This document shows, piece by piece, positions 1-9,300 of a stretch of 64,000 nucleotides of DNA. The position numbers and the translations under genes are program-made. The notes beneath the pieces are model-generated. The model was not told the origin of the DNA, ran no database searches, and worked only from the letters and a program-made list of their open reading frames with translations. Each line of letters begins with the position of its first letter. Within the stretch, counting starts at the first letter, position 1. The stretch is from Oscillospiraceae bacterium (GTDB taxonomy: Bacteria; Bacillota; Clostridia; Oscillospirales; Butyricicoccaceae): the NCBI GenBank assembly GCA_031552995.1, contig JAVBMB010000009.1, forward strand, positions 1,345-65,344, given 5' to 3'.

Positions 1-1131
1 ATGAGCAGCGAGCTCATGCTCAGCTTTTACGCCTCGGCCGCCCAGGAGGAAAGCCTCTCCATCTCGGGTAATATGCGCTGGAGTTATCAGCACCGGATGA
101 AAAGCGGCATGTTTATCACCTGCCGGGCGCCATACGGATATCAGTTGATAAAAGGCACTCTGGTCATAGACTCGGACGAAGCTCCCATCGTCCGGCGCAT
201 TTTCTCTGAATACCTCTCGGGCATGGGAGCGGAGAAAATCGCCGAGAGGCTGGCTGCCGAGGGAACACCCAAGGTCGGCGGACTCTGGACTGATAAATCA
301 ATCCGCTTCATCTTGAAAAACGAGAAATACGCCGGGAACATCCTGCTCCAGAAACGGTATAAGTCAGACGGGCTGCCCTTTCAGGAGATCTGGAACAAAG
401 GCGAGCGGGACATGTACTATGTGGAGAACAGCCACCCGGCCATCATCAGCCAGGAAACCTTTGACCGGACACAGGCACTCATGGCGCAGCGCAATGTGGA
501 GACCACGGCCGGCAAATACCCTTTCAGCCTGATGGTTTTCTGCGACAAATGCGGCGCCAGCTTCAAGAGGCGGGTGACGGGCGGCAAAGCCTATTGGGTG
601 TGCCGGACGCATGACGGCGATAAAGATGACTGCCCGGTGGGGCGCATACCCGAGCCGGCGCTGGAGCAGGCATTCATCCGGCTGCACCACAAGCTCCGCG
701 CCCACCGGCATGACATTCTCAGTCCCATGGCGGAGCAGCTCTTCACCCTTCGGCAGCGGGCAGCTTTGCAGCAGACCCGTGTCGCCGAGATCGACCGGGA
801 GATCATCGATATCGGGCGGCAGGCCATGATCCTCCACCGTTTACACGGGGCCGGACACATGGACGCCGCCCTCTATTATGCTCACAGCGCCGGTTTCAAT
901 GGACAGGTCAATGCCCTGCGTCGGGAACGCCTCCGCCTGCTGGAGCCGGGCGAGGACGATGCCCCCGAGCAGACGACACTCCTGCTGGATATTATGAAGA
1001 ATAGCCCGGAGCGGCTGAATGCCTTCGATGCCGAGCTCTTCCGCAGCATGGTGCGGCGTATCACTATCGGCGGCCCGGAACAGGTCAGGTTCGCCCTCAT
1101 CAACAGTTTGGAGGTGACCGAGCGTTTATGA
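1..1131 (+). CDS. large serine recombinase, C-terminal portion (5' end outside the window)
   Basis: The ORF is open from base 1. Its translation has the recombinase domain (YGY...IDSDEAPIVRRIF...GAEKIAERL...KNEKYAGN), then a zinc-ribbon-like Cys cluster (CDKCGASFKRR...YWVCRTH), then a helical tail. The stop overlaps the next start (ATGA at 1128-1131). Confidence 0.8.
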   Translation: MSSELMLSFYASAAQEESLSISGNMRWSYQHRMKSGMFITCRAPYGYQLIKGTLVIDSDEAPIVRRIFSEYLSGMGAEKIAERLAAEGTPKVGGLWTDKSIRFILKNEKYAGNILLQKRYKSDGLPFQEIWNKGERDMYYVENSHPAIISQETFDRTQALMAQRNVETTAGKYPFSLMVFCDKCGASFKRRVTGGKAYWVCRTHDGDKDDCPVGRIPEPALEQAFIRLHHKLRAHRHDILSPMAEQLFTLRQRAALQQTRVAEIDREIIDIGRQAMILHRLHGAGHMDAALYYAHSAGFNGQVNALRRERLRLLEPGEDDAPEQTTLLLDIMKNSPERLNAFDAELFRSMVRRITIGGPEQVRFALINSLEVTERL

Positions 1132-1634
1132 GAAACCGCTCAATCCCGTTTGGCTATGCCATGCAAAACGGCCGGCTTGTACCGCACCTGCGGGAGGCCG
1201 ACTGCGTCCGGCGGATTTACGCTCTTTATCTCAGCGGCCTCGGCTACAAGGCTATCGTGAAGCGGTTAAATGATAGCGGTATCCCGTACCATCTCGGCAA
1301 GCCATGGAACCAAAACATGGTGGCGCGCATTCTGGAATATCGGCGCTATCTGGGAGAACGGGGCTGCCCCGCATTGATTTCAGTTTCAGATTTCAATACG
1401 GCAGCTGCCCTGAAAGCGGCCAAGCCCCACAGCAGGCAGCAGCGGCGCAAGGCTGCCGAGCCGAACCTTGAATACCGGCTGCTCCCATATGAACTGATCG
1501 CGGCGGCGCGCCGGATGACGAGTGAGATCAACCGGGCGCTGGAACGGACACCCGACCCGGAAACCATCCGGCCGCTGATCTTCGCCTGTGCCGCAGAAAA
1601 GTACAACACGAGTGGAGTGATTTTTCATGGATAA
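1128..1634 (+). CDS. recombinase-domain-only protein (serine recombinase family, no catalytic resolvase domain)
   Basis: This 168-aa ORF contains IPFGY...EADCVRRIYALYLSGLGYKAIVKRLNDSGIPY...WNQNMVARILEYRRYLGE, which is typical of the recombinase domain of large serine recombinases. No N-terminal Ser-nucleophile region is present. It overlaps both neighbours, by 4 nt and 8 nt. Confidence 0.6.
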   Translation: MRNRSIPFGYAMQNGRLVPHLREADCVRRIYALYLSGLGYKAIVKRLNDSGIPYHLGKPWNQNMVARILEYRRYLGERGCPALISVSDFNTAAALKAAKPHSRQQRRKAAEPNLEYRLLPYELIAAARRMTSEINRALERTPDPETIRPLIFACAAEKYNTSGVIFHG

Positions 1635-3252
1635 TCTCGCCCGGAAAATAACGGTAATACCCGGCAACCCCGAACTGGTACGTCAGCAGACCAGGCCTCA
1701 GAAATTGAGGGTGGCCGCCTACTGCCGGGTCAGCACCGACGATGAGGAACAGCTGACCAGCTATGAAAACCAGATCGCCGCCTACACGCAGAAAATATCA
1801 GAGAATCCCGGCTGGATATTAGCCGGCATCTTTCCCGATGAGGGGCTCACCGGCACCTCCACAAAGAAACGTGAGCAGTTCAACAAGATGATGGCCCTGT
1901 GCAAACGGGGCAAGATTGACCTGATCCTCACCAAATCCATCTCCCGCTTTGCCCGGAACACCCTGGACTCCCTCGATTATGTGCGCAAGCTCAAGCTGAT
2001 GGGTGTCGGCGTCTTCTTCGAGCGGGAGAACATCAACACGCTGAACATGAGTAATGAGATGGTGTTCACCATGCTGGCCGCCTTCGCCCAGGCGGAGAGC
2101 GAATCCATCAGCGAGAATGTCCGCTGGGGCAAGCGCCATTCCATGAAGCAGGGCAAAGTGCCCTTCCAGTACAAGCGCATCCTCGGCTATGAGCGCGGAG
2201 AGGACGGGAAGCCCATGATCGTTCCCGAGCAGGCGGCCACGGTGCGGCTGATTTACGCCTACTATTTGAGCGGATACAGCATCCGGCAGATCAAGGAGCG
2301 GTTGGAGGCCGACGGCATCCCCTCCGCCTCGGGCGAGCCCAAATGGTCGGAGGGCAGCCTCCACTACATGCTTCGCAACGAGAAGTACGTCGGCGACGCC
2401 TTACTCCAGAAAACCTATGTGGTGGACTGCATCAGCAAACAGGTGCGGAAAAACCAGGGCGAGATCGCCCAGTTTTACATAGAGAACAACCATCCCGCCA
2501 TTATTTCACGGGATGTCTTCGGGTATGTGCAGGAGGAAATCGCCAGGCGCTCCGCCAAGCGGCGGGTTTCTGACAAGGCCCTGACCGAAAAGGGCAAATA
2601 CAGCGGCAAATACACCCTGTCGGAACTGCTGGTTTGCGGCGAATGTGGCGCTCGATATAAACGTGTTACCTGGGCCAGGGGCGGCAAAAAGAAGATCGTG
2701 TGGCGGTGCATCAACCGCCTGGAGAACGGTACGAAATACTGCAAGGCCTCTCCAACTCTTGAGGAATGCCGCCTGCACGACGCCATCCTCCGGGCCTTGA
2801 ATGGGGTGCTCGAAATACGGGAAGATATCCTCGCCGGTCTGGATGATGTGCTCCCGACCCTCACTGGAGCGGGTGGTAATGGTTATGACCGGATCGCGGC
2901 GCAGCAGGAGATCCAGAAGATTGAAAAAATAGCAGGCGGTCTTTTGGAGCTCTCCAAAGAGAACAGCATGGCGGACGACTTCTTCGAAGGCCAGCTGGCC
3001 GAGTTATATGACAAGCGCGCCCAGCTTCTGAACAAGATGGATCAAGTCGAGCAGGAAATGGTCAAGTCAAGGACACGAGCCGCGCGGCTCCAGCGCCTTA
3101 TGGCCTCCATCCGCAGCGCACCCGCTCAGCTTGACGAGTACAGTGACGCCGCCGGGCGGGAGCTGCTGGAGAGCGTGAAGGTCATAGACGCCGACAATTT
3201 GGTAGTGGTAATTAAGAGCGGCATTGAGATCGAGGCCGTGATGGAAAGCTAA
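1627..3252 (+). CDS. large serine recombinase (full length)
   Basis: This 541-aa ORF has an N-terminal resolvase catalytic region (RVAAYCRVSTDDEEQLTSYENQ ... SISRFARNTLD), a recombinase domain (GYSIRQIKERLEADGIP...LRNEKYVGD), a zinc ribbon (CGECGARYKRV...WRCINR...YC) and a coiled-coil tail. Confidence 0.9.
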   Translation: MDNLARKITVIPGNPELVRQQTRPQKLRVAAYCRVSTDDEEQLTSYENQIAAYTQKISENPGWILAGIFPDEGLTGTSTKKREQFNKMMALCKRGKIDLILTKSISRFARNTLDSLDYVRKLKLMGVGVFFERENINTLNMSNEMVFTMLAAFAQAESESISENVRWGKRHSMKQGKVPFQYKRILGYERGEDGKPMIVPEQAATVRLIYAYYLSGYSIRQIKERLEADGIPSASGEPKWSEGSLHYMLRNEKYVGDALLQKTYVVDCISKQVRKNQGEIAQFYIENNHPAIISRDVFGYVQEEIARRSAKRRVSDKALTEKGKYSGKYTLSELLVCGECGARYKRVTWARGGKKKIVWRCINRLENGTKYCKASPTLEECRLHDAILRALNGVLEIREDILAGLDDVLPTLTGAGGNGYDRIAAQQEIQKIEKIAGGLLELSKENSMADDFFEGQLAELYDKRAQLLNKMDQVEQEMVKSRTRAARLQRLMASIRSAPAQLDEYSDAAGRELLESVKVIDADNLVVVIKSGIEIEAVMES

Positions 3253-3320
3253 AACGGCAAATGGTTCGGTCTCAAATTTGGACCTAACCACTTGCTTATG
3301 CCGCAGAGATTAATGAGTAT

Positions 3321-3353
3321 AACCCTGCCTGCTTGTACGGCGGGGTTTTCGTT
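3321..3353 (+). terminator. terminator-like hairpin after the recombinase operon
   Basis: AACCCTGCC-N9-GGCGGGGTT forms a stem with one G:U pair and is followed by TTCGTTT, about 70 nt after the stop at 3252. Confidence 0.4.
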
Positions 3354-4106
3354 TGAGGCCCGGTGCGATAGAATTATGGCTATACCAGGTGATTCAGTAT
3401 GCTCGCTGAACCGCTCTTCAATTTATATACCAGTACACTTCACTACAACTTTCCAGAGTCTCCAAATACTAGAAAAAGAGGAGTTGAAAAAACAATATAT
3501 ACATAGCAGTCGTGCAGAGTGTTGATATTGTGCAGATGGATAAAATAGCAGAAGTTTCCGTCCGCACTCTCCATACTTGGACTCGTATTTATACAAACGG
3601 AACTTTTACGTGCTATTGTTGGGCGCTCGCGTAAAATGTAATCCCTTAAGTAATGCGGATTTAGGGCGGCTTGAATTCGGGCGCGATATTTACTCCATCT
3701 TCATGAAGTTGGAAACTTTGCCATCAGCACCATGAGGAGGCGCGAGCAATTCTCCTTCTAGCCAATTAACGCAATTGCTTAACTAGTCTGCTGAGGAAAA
3801 CATTTAGAATTGCAATCAGTTACAAAAAGAGATACAATAATACCCAAGGGATAGTCATGTAAAAACACGCTTTCGGCAACGAATGCTGCCTTGTGTTGGG
3901 CAATGCGTAAAACGGAATAAATGCGGTTATTCGCGCGGTCAAGCTTGAGGTTGCTCCGCCGATGCCGAGAGGCGTTCATCTGTGCAAAAGAAGAAAGACG
4001 GGTCATTTATCGATGGTGTTTGTCATGCTGGTTATGGATCTCTCGGGTATTGAAAATAGTATAATGATATATAGATTTGCCAATATTTTTCGGTATAGGG
4101 TGTATC

Positions 4107-4832
4107 ATGACAAAATCGGTTGAAAAAAATTCCAATATAGATACTCGGGCAGCGGCTGCAAAATGCTCAAACAGCGAGGCGGAGCTTTTGATTGATGATT
4201 TCATGCCGTTTCTGCATGCCTGTGTCACCCAATATAATATGCAGCCTGATGGCAACCGCCGTGAAGAGCTGCTGAGCGTTGCCATGCTCGCGTTTTATGA
4301 GGCTATTAAAAACTATGATTTATCTAAGGGCTATTTCCTCCCTTTTGCTAATAATGTGGTTCGCAAGCGCATTATTGATGATATCCGTAAGGTTTACCGG
4401 CACAAGGGCACGACAGTATCCCTTGAGGATGAGAATGAAGAGTGCGCGTCCCCCCAGTCTAAGGCAGTAGAAGAACTCTCAGTCCGTACATATGACGCGC
4501 AGAACAGGCAGAAAGTTCTTGCGGAGGAGATTGAGCAGTTTAAGACGGAGTTGTCTGCCTGGGGGATAACAATGGAAATACTCAGCAAGAACTCCCCCAA
4601 ACACAAAAGAGTCCGCGATACTTATAGAAAAGCGATAGCTAGAATCATTAGTGATATTGAAATCATCAAAACAATCCAGATAAAACATTACTTCCCCGTG
4701 AAGGCTGTTTCCGAAGTCACAGGATTACCCCTAAAAAAGGTGGAGCGCGCGCGAACGTTTATAATAGCATCGCTGATTATAAAACTCGGCGACTATGATT
4801 ATTTGTCAGGATATATAGATGATAGGCGGTAA
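4107..4832 (+). CDS. sigI: RNA polymerase sigma-I-type factor
   Basis: The translation matches the SigI pattern. The N-terminal sigma-70 region-2-like part reads LLIDDFMPFL...LSVAMLAFYEAIKNYDLSKGYFLPFANNVVRKRIIDDIRK. The SigI-specific C-terminal part reads FKTELSAWGITMEILSKNSPKHKRVRDTY. It is followed directly by an RsgI-like gene. I placed the start at the internal ATG 4107 (MTKSVEK); the track ORF begins at 4077. Confidence 0.8.
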   Translation: MTKSVEKNSNIDTRAAAAKCSNSEAELLIDDFMPFLHACVTQYNMQPDGNRREELLSVAMLAFYEAIKNYDLSKGYFLPFANNVVRKRIIDDIRKVYRHKGTTVSLEDENEECASPQSKAVEELSVRTYDAQNRQKVLAEEIEQFKTELSAWGITMEILSKNSPKHKRVRDTYRKAIARIISDIEIIKTIQIKHYFPVKAVSEVTGLPLKKVERARTFIIASLIIKLGDYDYLSGYIDDRR

Positions 4833-4836
4833 AACA

Positions 4837-5952
4837 ATGAAAGTAATTATAATGAGCCATGAGCGCGGAGGCTCGTATATAATGGACAGTGAGGGCACTT
4901 TTCGGCTTGTAAGGGGATATTCCTCCTGCCCAGTCGGGACGGAAGTTGAATTTAGGCCTAAATCCAGCGCAAAGATTATCAGTTTATTGATGTGCTTCGT
5001 ATTGATATTGGGAGCCGGAGTGTTTGGCTGGCAGTGGAATACCGAAGCATATTCCGTATATGTTGACATAAATCCCTCAATTGAGCTCGTATTTAATAAC
5101 CTCAACAAGCTTAAGGTCGCAAAGCCTCTCAATGAGGACGGCGCGGCGCTTCTTGGCGAAATTAGTCTGAGCGGTTCACTTGATGACGCGGTAACTGCCC
5201 TGGTTGACAAAGCGATAGAAGATGGCTATGTCGATGCAAAACTCGACTTACCTCCGGTCGTGGTCACCGTTACTGCAAGAAGAGGCAAATCGCCGGACGA
5301 TTATATTGCCCTTATCAGCTCTTCTCTTGCGCACAGGGGTTTCGATAAAATTGCCACAGTTGAGCTTTGCAGCGGCGACTATCTTGCCCGGGCCGAAGAG
5401 ATGGCCGTATCTCCGGGTAAACTCAAGCTGGCGGAGAGGCTTTTTGCATCCGACCCATCTGTCAGCATTGACGACGTCATAGAAATGTCTGTCAAGGATA
5501 TAATGATCGCAATCAAAACGGCGGAAGAAGAAAAATTCTCTGTTCCCGACGAAAACGGAAAAGAGACAAACCCCAACGTCGGTCCGGGCAACAACTCGGG
5601 CGGAGATCATCCGGATAACCCCAACGCCGGTTCAGGCAACAACTCGGGCAGTGAAAGCTCCGGAAACCCCAACGCCGGTTCGGGCAGTAACTCGAGCGGC
5701 GATAAGCCGGATAACCCCAACGCCGGCCCGGGCAACAACTCGGGTGGTGAAAGCTCCGGCAATCCCAACGCCGGTTCAGGCAACAACTCGGGCGGTGAAA
5801 GCTCCGGCAATCCCAACGCCGGTTCGGGCAATAACTCGGGCGGTGAAAGCACCGGCAATCCCAACGCCGGTTCGGGTAATAACTCGGGCGGTGAAAGCTC
5901 CGGCAACCCCAACGCCGGTTCGGGCAAAAACTCGGGGAAAAAGAACAATTAG
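4837..5952 (+). CDS. rsgI: RsgI-like anti-sigma-I factor with an Asn/Gly/Ser-rich tandem-repeat C-terminus
   Basis: The N-terminus MKVIIMSHERGGSYIMDSEGTFRLVRGYSSCPVGTEVEF fits the RsgI N-terminal domain. One TM helix follows (IISLLMCFVLILGAGVFGW), then the conserved YVDINPSIELVFNNLNKLKVAKPLNEDGAALL block. The gene lies 5 nt after the sigI stop, and its ATG at 4837 is preceded by AGGCGG. Confidence 0.75.
   Translation: MKVIIMSHERGGSYIMDSEGTFRLVRGYSSCPVGTEVEFRPKSSAKIISLLMCFVLILGAGVFGWQWNTEAYSVYVDINPSIELVFNNLNKLKVAKPLNEDGAALLGEISLSGSLDDAVTALVDKAIEDGYVDAKLDLPPVVVTVTARRGKSPDDYIALISSSLAHRGFDKIATVELCSGDYLARAEEMAVSPGKLKLAERLFASDPSVSIDDVIEMSVKDIMIAIKTAEEEKFSVPDENGKETNPNVGPGNNSGGDHPDNPNAGSGNNSGSESSGNPNAGSGSNSSGDKPDNPNAGPGNNSGGESSGNPNAGSGNNSGGESSGNPNAGSGNNSGGESTGNPNAGSGNNSGGESSGNPNAGSGKNSGKKNN
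5569..5949 (+). repeat. about 7.9 tandem copies of a 48-bp unit, in frame within rsgI (16-aa unit NPNAGSGNNSGGESSG)
   Basis: This is a direct reading of the sequence. The units start at 5569, 5617, 5665, 5713, 5761, 5809, 5857 and 5905, with only a few substitutions per unit. Confidence 0.95.
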
Positions 5953-5973
5953 CTTAATAAATAAAATACTTTG

Positions 5974-6007
5974 ATGCCTTGGAAATATTTTTTCCAAGGC
6001 ATTTTTA
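5974..6007 (+). terminator. rho-independent terminator after rsgI
   Basis: ATGCCTTGGAAA-TATTT-TTTCCAAGGCAT forms a perfect 12-bp stem followed by TTTT. Confidence 0.7.
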
Positions 6008-6035
6008 CCCCTAAAAACCATTTTAACGCAGCGAA
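6007..6035 (+). promoter_or_regulatory. candidate sigma-I-type promoter (ACCCC ... CGAA)
   Basis: TTTTT-ACCCC-N20-CGAA-ATTT sits between rsgI and the large secreted-protein gene. As I recall them, published sigma-I promoters have a C-rich -35 preceded by an A/T tract and a CGWA -10. I did not verify the spacing against a consensus. Confidence 0.25.
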
Positions 6036-6223
6036 ATTTAATAACAGATATATGTCCCGGTACAATTTCGAGAAAATGGGGTGATAGCTTAATGGCAGGA
6101 ACAGCTTATATTGATTAGGCTCTGTGTGTCATGCGGTGAATCCGCAAATCCTGCTTTAAAGAAAGAACCGCAAAAAGAGATTGACCGGGAAACCCTTACC
6201 CGCTGCCAACGGAAGCCGCTTAA

Positions 6224-6316
6224 CCTCATTGAGCGTTATCAATGAGGCTGAAAACCCGGAACCCCAACCGGACAACAAAAGAGGCCGTATAACCACGTTG
6301 AACGTTATCAACGAGG
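6224..6316 (+). promoter_or_regulatory. two related palindromes (or RNA hairpins) in the leader of the secreted-protein gene
   Basis: At 6224-6247, CCTCATTGA-GCGTTA-TCAATGAGG forms a 9-bp perfect stem. At 6293-6316, CCACGTTGA-ACGTTA-TCAACGAGG has one mismatch. Both are followed by C(T/A)GAAA, and their centres are 69 bp apart. Confidence 0.35.
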
Positions 6317-6373
6317 CAGAAACGGAGTAACCTCGGCTCCAAAAAACGAGGAAGAATTTTGGAGGTTTTCAGT

Positions 6374-9300
6374 ATGAAACGCAAGTTGTTAGCAACAATC
6401 CTGGCAGTTGTCATGGTATTTACACTGTTGCCTGCGACCGTAGTCGCGGCGGAAGACAATGACAACAATATAGCGCTTCCCGTATCATGGACGCGTTCGG
6501 AGAACGCCGCAAACGCCATAGCAGTCAACGGTGGTTTCGGCCTATCGCAGATTTATCAAACCCCTAACGTCAATATGACCGCCACATGGGCGGCGCTCAA
6601 CGCCATAGACGCGAACATCGAAGAAGGCGCCGACCCCCTGAACAACCGTGTTTGGGACGGCGGCAACCCCGATGCGGCCAATCACTACACCAACCAGCAC
6701 CTGCACGGCACATACACCGAGTACCCCACAGCGACAATCACCGGCGAGGGTACGACTCGCTTCCGGGGCACGTTCAGCCTTAAGGATCTGCTTGATGCGG
6801 GAACAACGCTTACAAACCTGAAGGTCGGCCTTTCCATGGAGGCAACCGACAACCAGCAGATTGCGCTTAACGATCAAATGTTTGTCTTTGTTTATCCGGC
6901 GGATGCCGTGATCGACGAGGCCAACTTTATGGACTACTATGTGTTCGGCGCGGGCTTCCAGTGGATCAACCAGTGGGTGCCGGAGGGCACAAGCGGCACT
7001 GTATCCTTTAACGGTGTCGACGTCGTACGCACATTCCGTGATTTTGGGTACTACCCCTCTTTCGGAGAGGAAGCCGCGGCTTATGAAGCATATGGTTCCT
7101 TGATCGAAGGGCTCGGCTATCCGGGTTGGCAGGGCATGACAGAGGGCTGGTTCGGCAATGGCGTTAACTATCGTCTCTACGATGATCTCGCCAATGGCGC
7201 GCTTACCGGCATAAACCACCTTTACGTCTCTGACGGTCTGTTCTTCCACAATTTTGACTCTCAGCTTGAAGTAGACCTTACCACAGGTTACGATACAATC
7301 CCGGAAAACTGGATAATCGACATATTCGCGGTGAACACCGACGTCGTCGGCGGCCTGTCCAAAATCGGCGTGTACGCAAACTGGGAACCGACCGTTACCA
7401 AGAACGGCGTCTTCTCATTACAGAAAATGGTTGAAGTTGCGGACGGATATGTTTCCGGTGAAGCCGGTTTCGTATTCAACGCCTATGCCGGAATCGATTC
7501 CGAGGGCAATCCCGTCGGCGACATCATTGCCACCGCAACAACAAATGATGCCGGTATCGCCAGTTTCAAGAGCGATGACCTTGTCCCCGGCGAGAAATAC
7601 TATGTCTTCGAAGCTATGGATGCCGACCAGAGCCTGATCTATATATTCGGCGCTCAGGGCGCGTATATCGAAATCGTCGCCCAGGAGGACGGCCAAACCG
7701 TAGTGGCGAAAGAGTTTTTCAACGACCTGATCCCCGGCACAGGCACACTTGTTATCGGCAAGGAACTTGGCAGAAAAGTCGATATCAGCGGCTCGATCAC
7801 CGGCGGTTATCCGGAAGAGGCCGTGCCGAATGCTAAAGGCAAATACGACCACTCTTCCTATAAACACAGCCTGAGCGTACTGAATAAGAACACCTGGTTC
7901 CAGTACAATGAGTTCAGCAACGGAAGCGGCGGCACATTTGACCTTGTGCAGGGCGACAAGTTGAAGGATGTCGGCGAATACACCATAACCGCTGAAGGCA
8001 ACGGTTGGTTCACAGTCAGCTTCCCCGACCTGATTGAGGCTGTCGGCGCTAGATTGTCGATATCCAATAAAATACTGGGGGCGAAGAACCAGAACGACAA
8101 GAATTACAATGCGAACAACATATGGACTACCTCACCCGGCCAGCAGCAGTTCTCGTTCAGCGGAAATTCATTCAGATTCTATGCTCCCTGGGTTAAAACA
8201 AACGAGACCGTTTATGTCTATTTGCACCTCGACGGTCTGACGGGCTACGCCGATACCTACCACGCGGAACCGGGGCAGACCTTTACGGTTTTGGTGACCG
8301 GCCCGAGTTTCCCCGATGGTAAAGAGTTTGAAGTTCCCATGAACAGCTCAATCAGGATTGAGAATCTTAAGCCCGGCACCTACACCATCGAGGAGCTCGA
8401 AGACGGGTGGAAGGCCACCTACTATGTAAACGGCTCGACTGTCGGTATTGAAGAGCGTTTCGTCGAAGTTATTGTTATCAAAGACGAAGTCACCACTGTT
8501 AAAATGACCAACGAACCCGGTGTATGGCCGAACGGAATATTTTCGATACAGAAGATGGTTGAAAATGTAGAATTGGGATATATAGCCGGTGATGCCGGCT
8601 TTGTATTCAATGCATACGCCGAAATAGACGCCGACGGCAATCCTGTCGGTAACATCATAGCCACCGCAACCACAGGCGCTGACGGCATTGCCAGATTCAA
8701 CAGCAAAGACCTTATCACGGGTAAGACCTATTATGTCTTTGAGGCCATGACACCCGAACAGGAACTGATTTATGTGTTCGGCGCTCAGGGCGCGTATATC
8801 GAAATTGTTGCCAAGGAAGACGGCGAGTTTGACACGGCGGAGGATTTCTTTAACGACCTTGCGTTCGGCTCCATCACGGTAACAAAAGCCGTTGAAGCCT
8901 ACAAAGATAAGGTGTACAGCGTTAACACCGTGACCGGCGGCGATGATGCCTCCGAAACGGTTGTGCAGGGCAGTTGGATGCGTCCGAAGTATATTGATGT
9001 CACCGCTATCCTCAACGGCACTCCCTTTGAAGCTAATCTGGTGGCGGGCTCCGATTTGACCCCGGTCGGCACTTACAGCATTTCGGCTGCCGGTGACGGC
9101 GGGCTTGTCGTGGAGCTCAAGTATGACGAGGGCGTTGAAGCAAACGCAATTACGTGGATAGTTTTCGGAAACGCATATGCGGGGCAGTCCCATAGCGGCG
9201 GAGGCCCTAACAGACCTGGACATTATGTCAGCTCTTCATTTGGAGAGAGTGTCACGATTCCGGCAGACGATGTTAAAGCGATGACGGATGCATCGGGCAA

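Larger units (their letters stand above)
1..3353 (+). mobile_element. recombinase end of an integrative element (three tandem serine-recombinase-family genes). The element body is presumably left of the window
   Basis: Three overlapping recombinase-family ORFs are followed by a terminator-like hairpin and an AT-rich, gene-poor stretch. The element boundaries are not visible in the window. Confidence 0.5.

Noticed and set aside
3292-4285. Small ORFs in the AT-rich stretch: 3292-3525(+), 3779-4006(-), 4007-4285(-), and a 32-codon HTH-like mini-ORF at 3536-3634 (MDKIAEVSVRTLHTW...).
   Set aside because: They have no RBS and no recognisable family. One overlaps sigI. At most they are fragments of decayed genes, and I cannot support calling them.
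5569-5949. Regular 48-bp repeats, which could at first glance be mistaken for a CRISPR array.
   Set aside because: The units are directly adjacent with no spacers. They are in frame within the rsgI-like ORF and encode a 16-aa peptide repeat. No cas genes are present.
6224-6316. Reading the twin palindromes as cre or LacI-family operators (TTGAGCG...TATCAA recalls lac-operator half-sites).
   Set aside because: The length and spacing do not fit the 14-nt cre consensus as I recall it, and no LacI-family regulator is encoded nearby. I kept them as unexplained regulatory-looking elements only.
6359-6373. N-terminal extensions of track ORFs (6359 for the Cna-B-like gene, 9639 for the protease, 13009 for the SLH protein, 20719 for the GLUG protein, 31000 for ybaK-like).
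   Set aside because: In each case an internal start has a proper Shine-Dalgarno sequence at 6-8 nt. That start gives a clean signal peptide or family-typical N-terminus. The 9639 extension also runs through a terminator hairpin.
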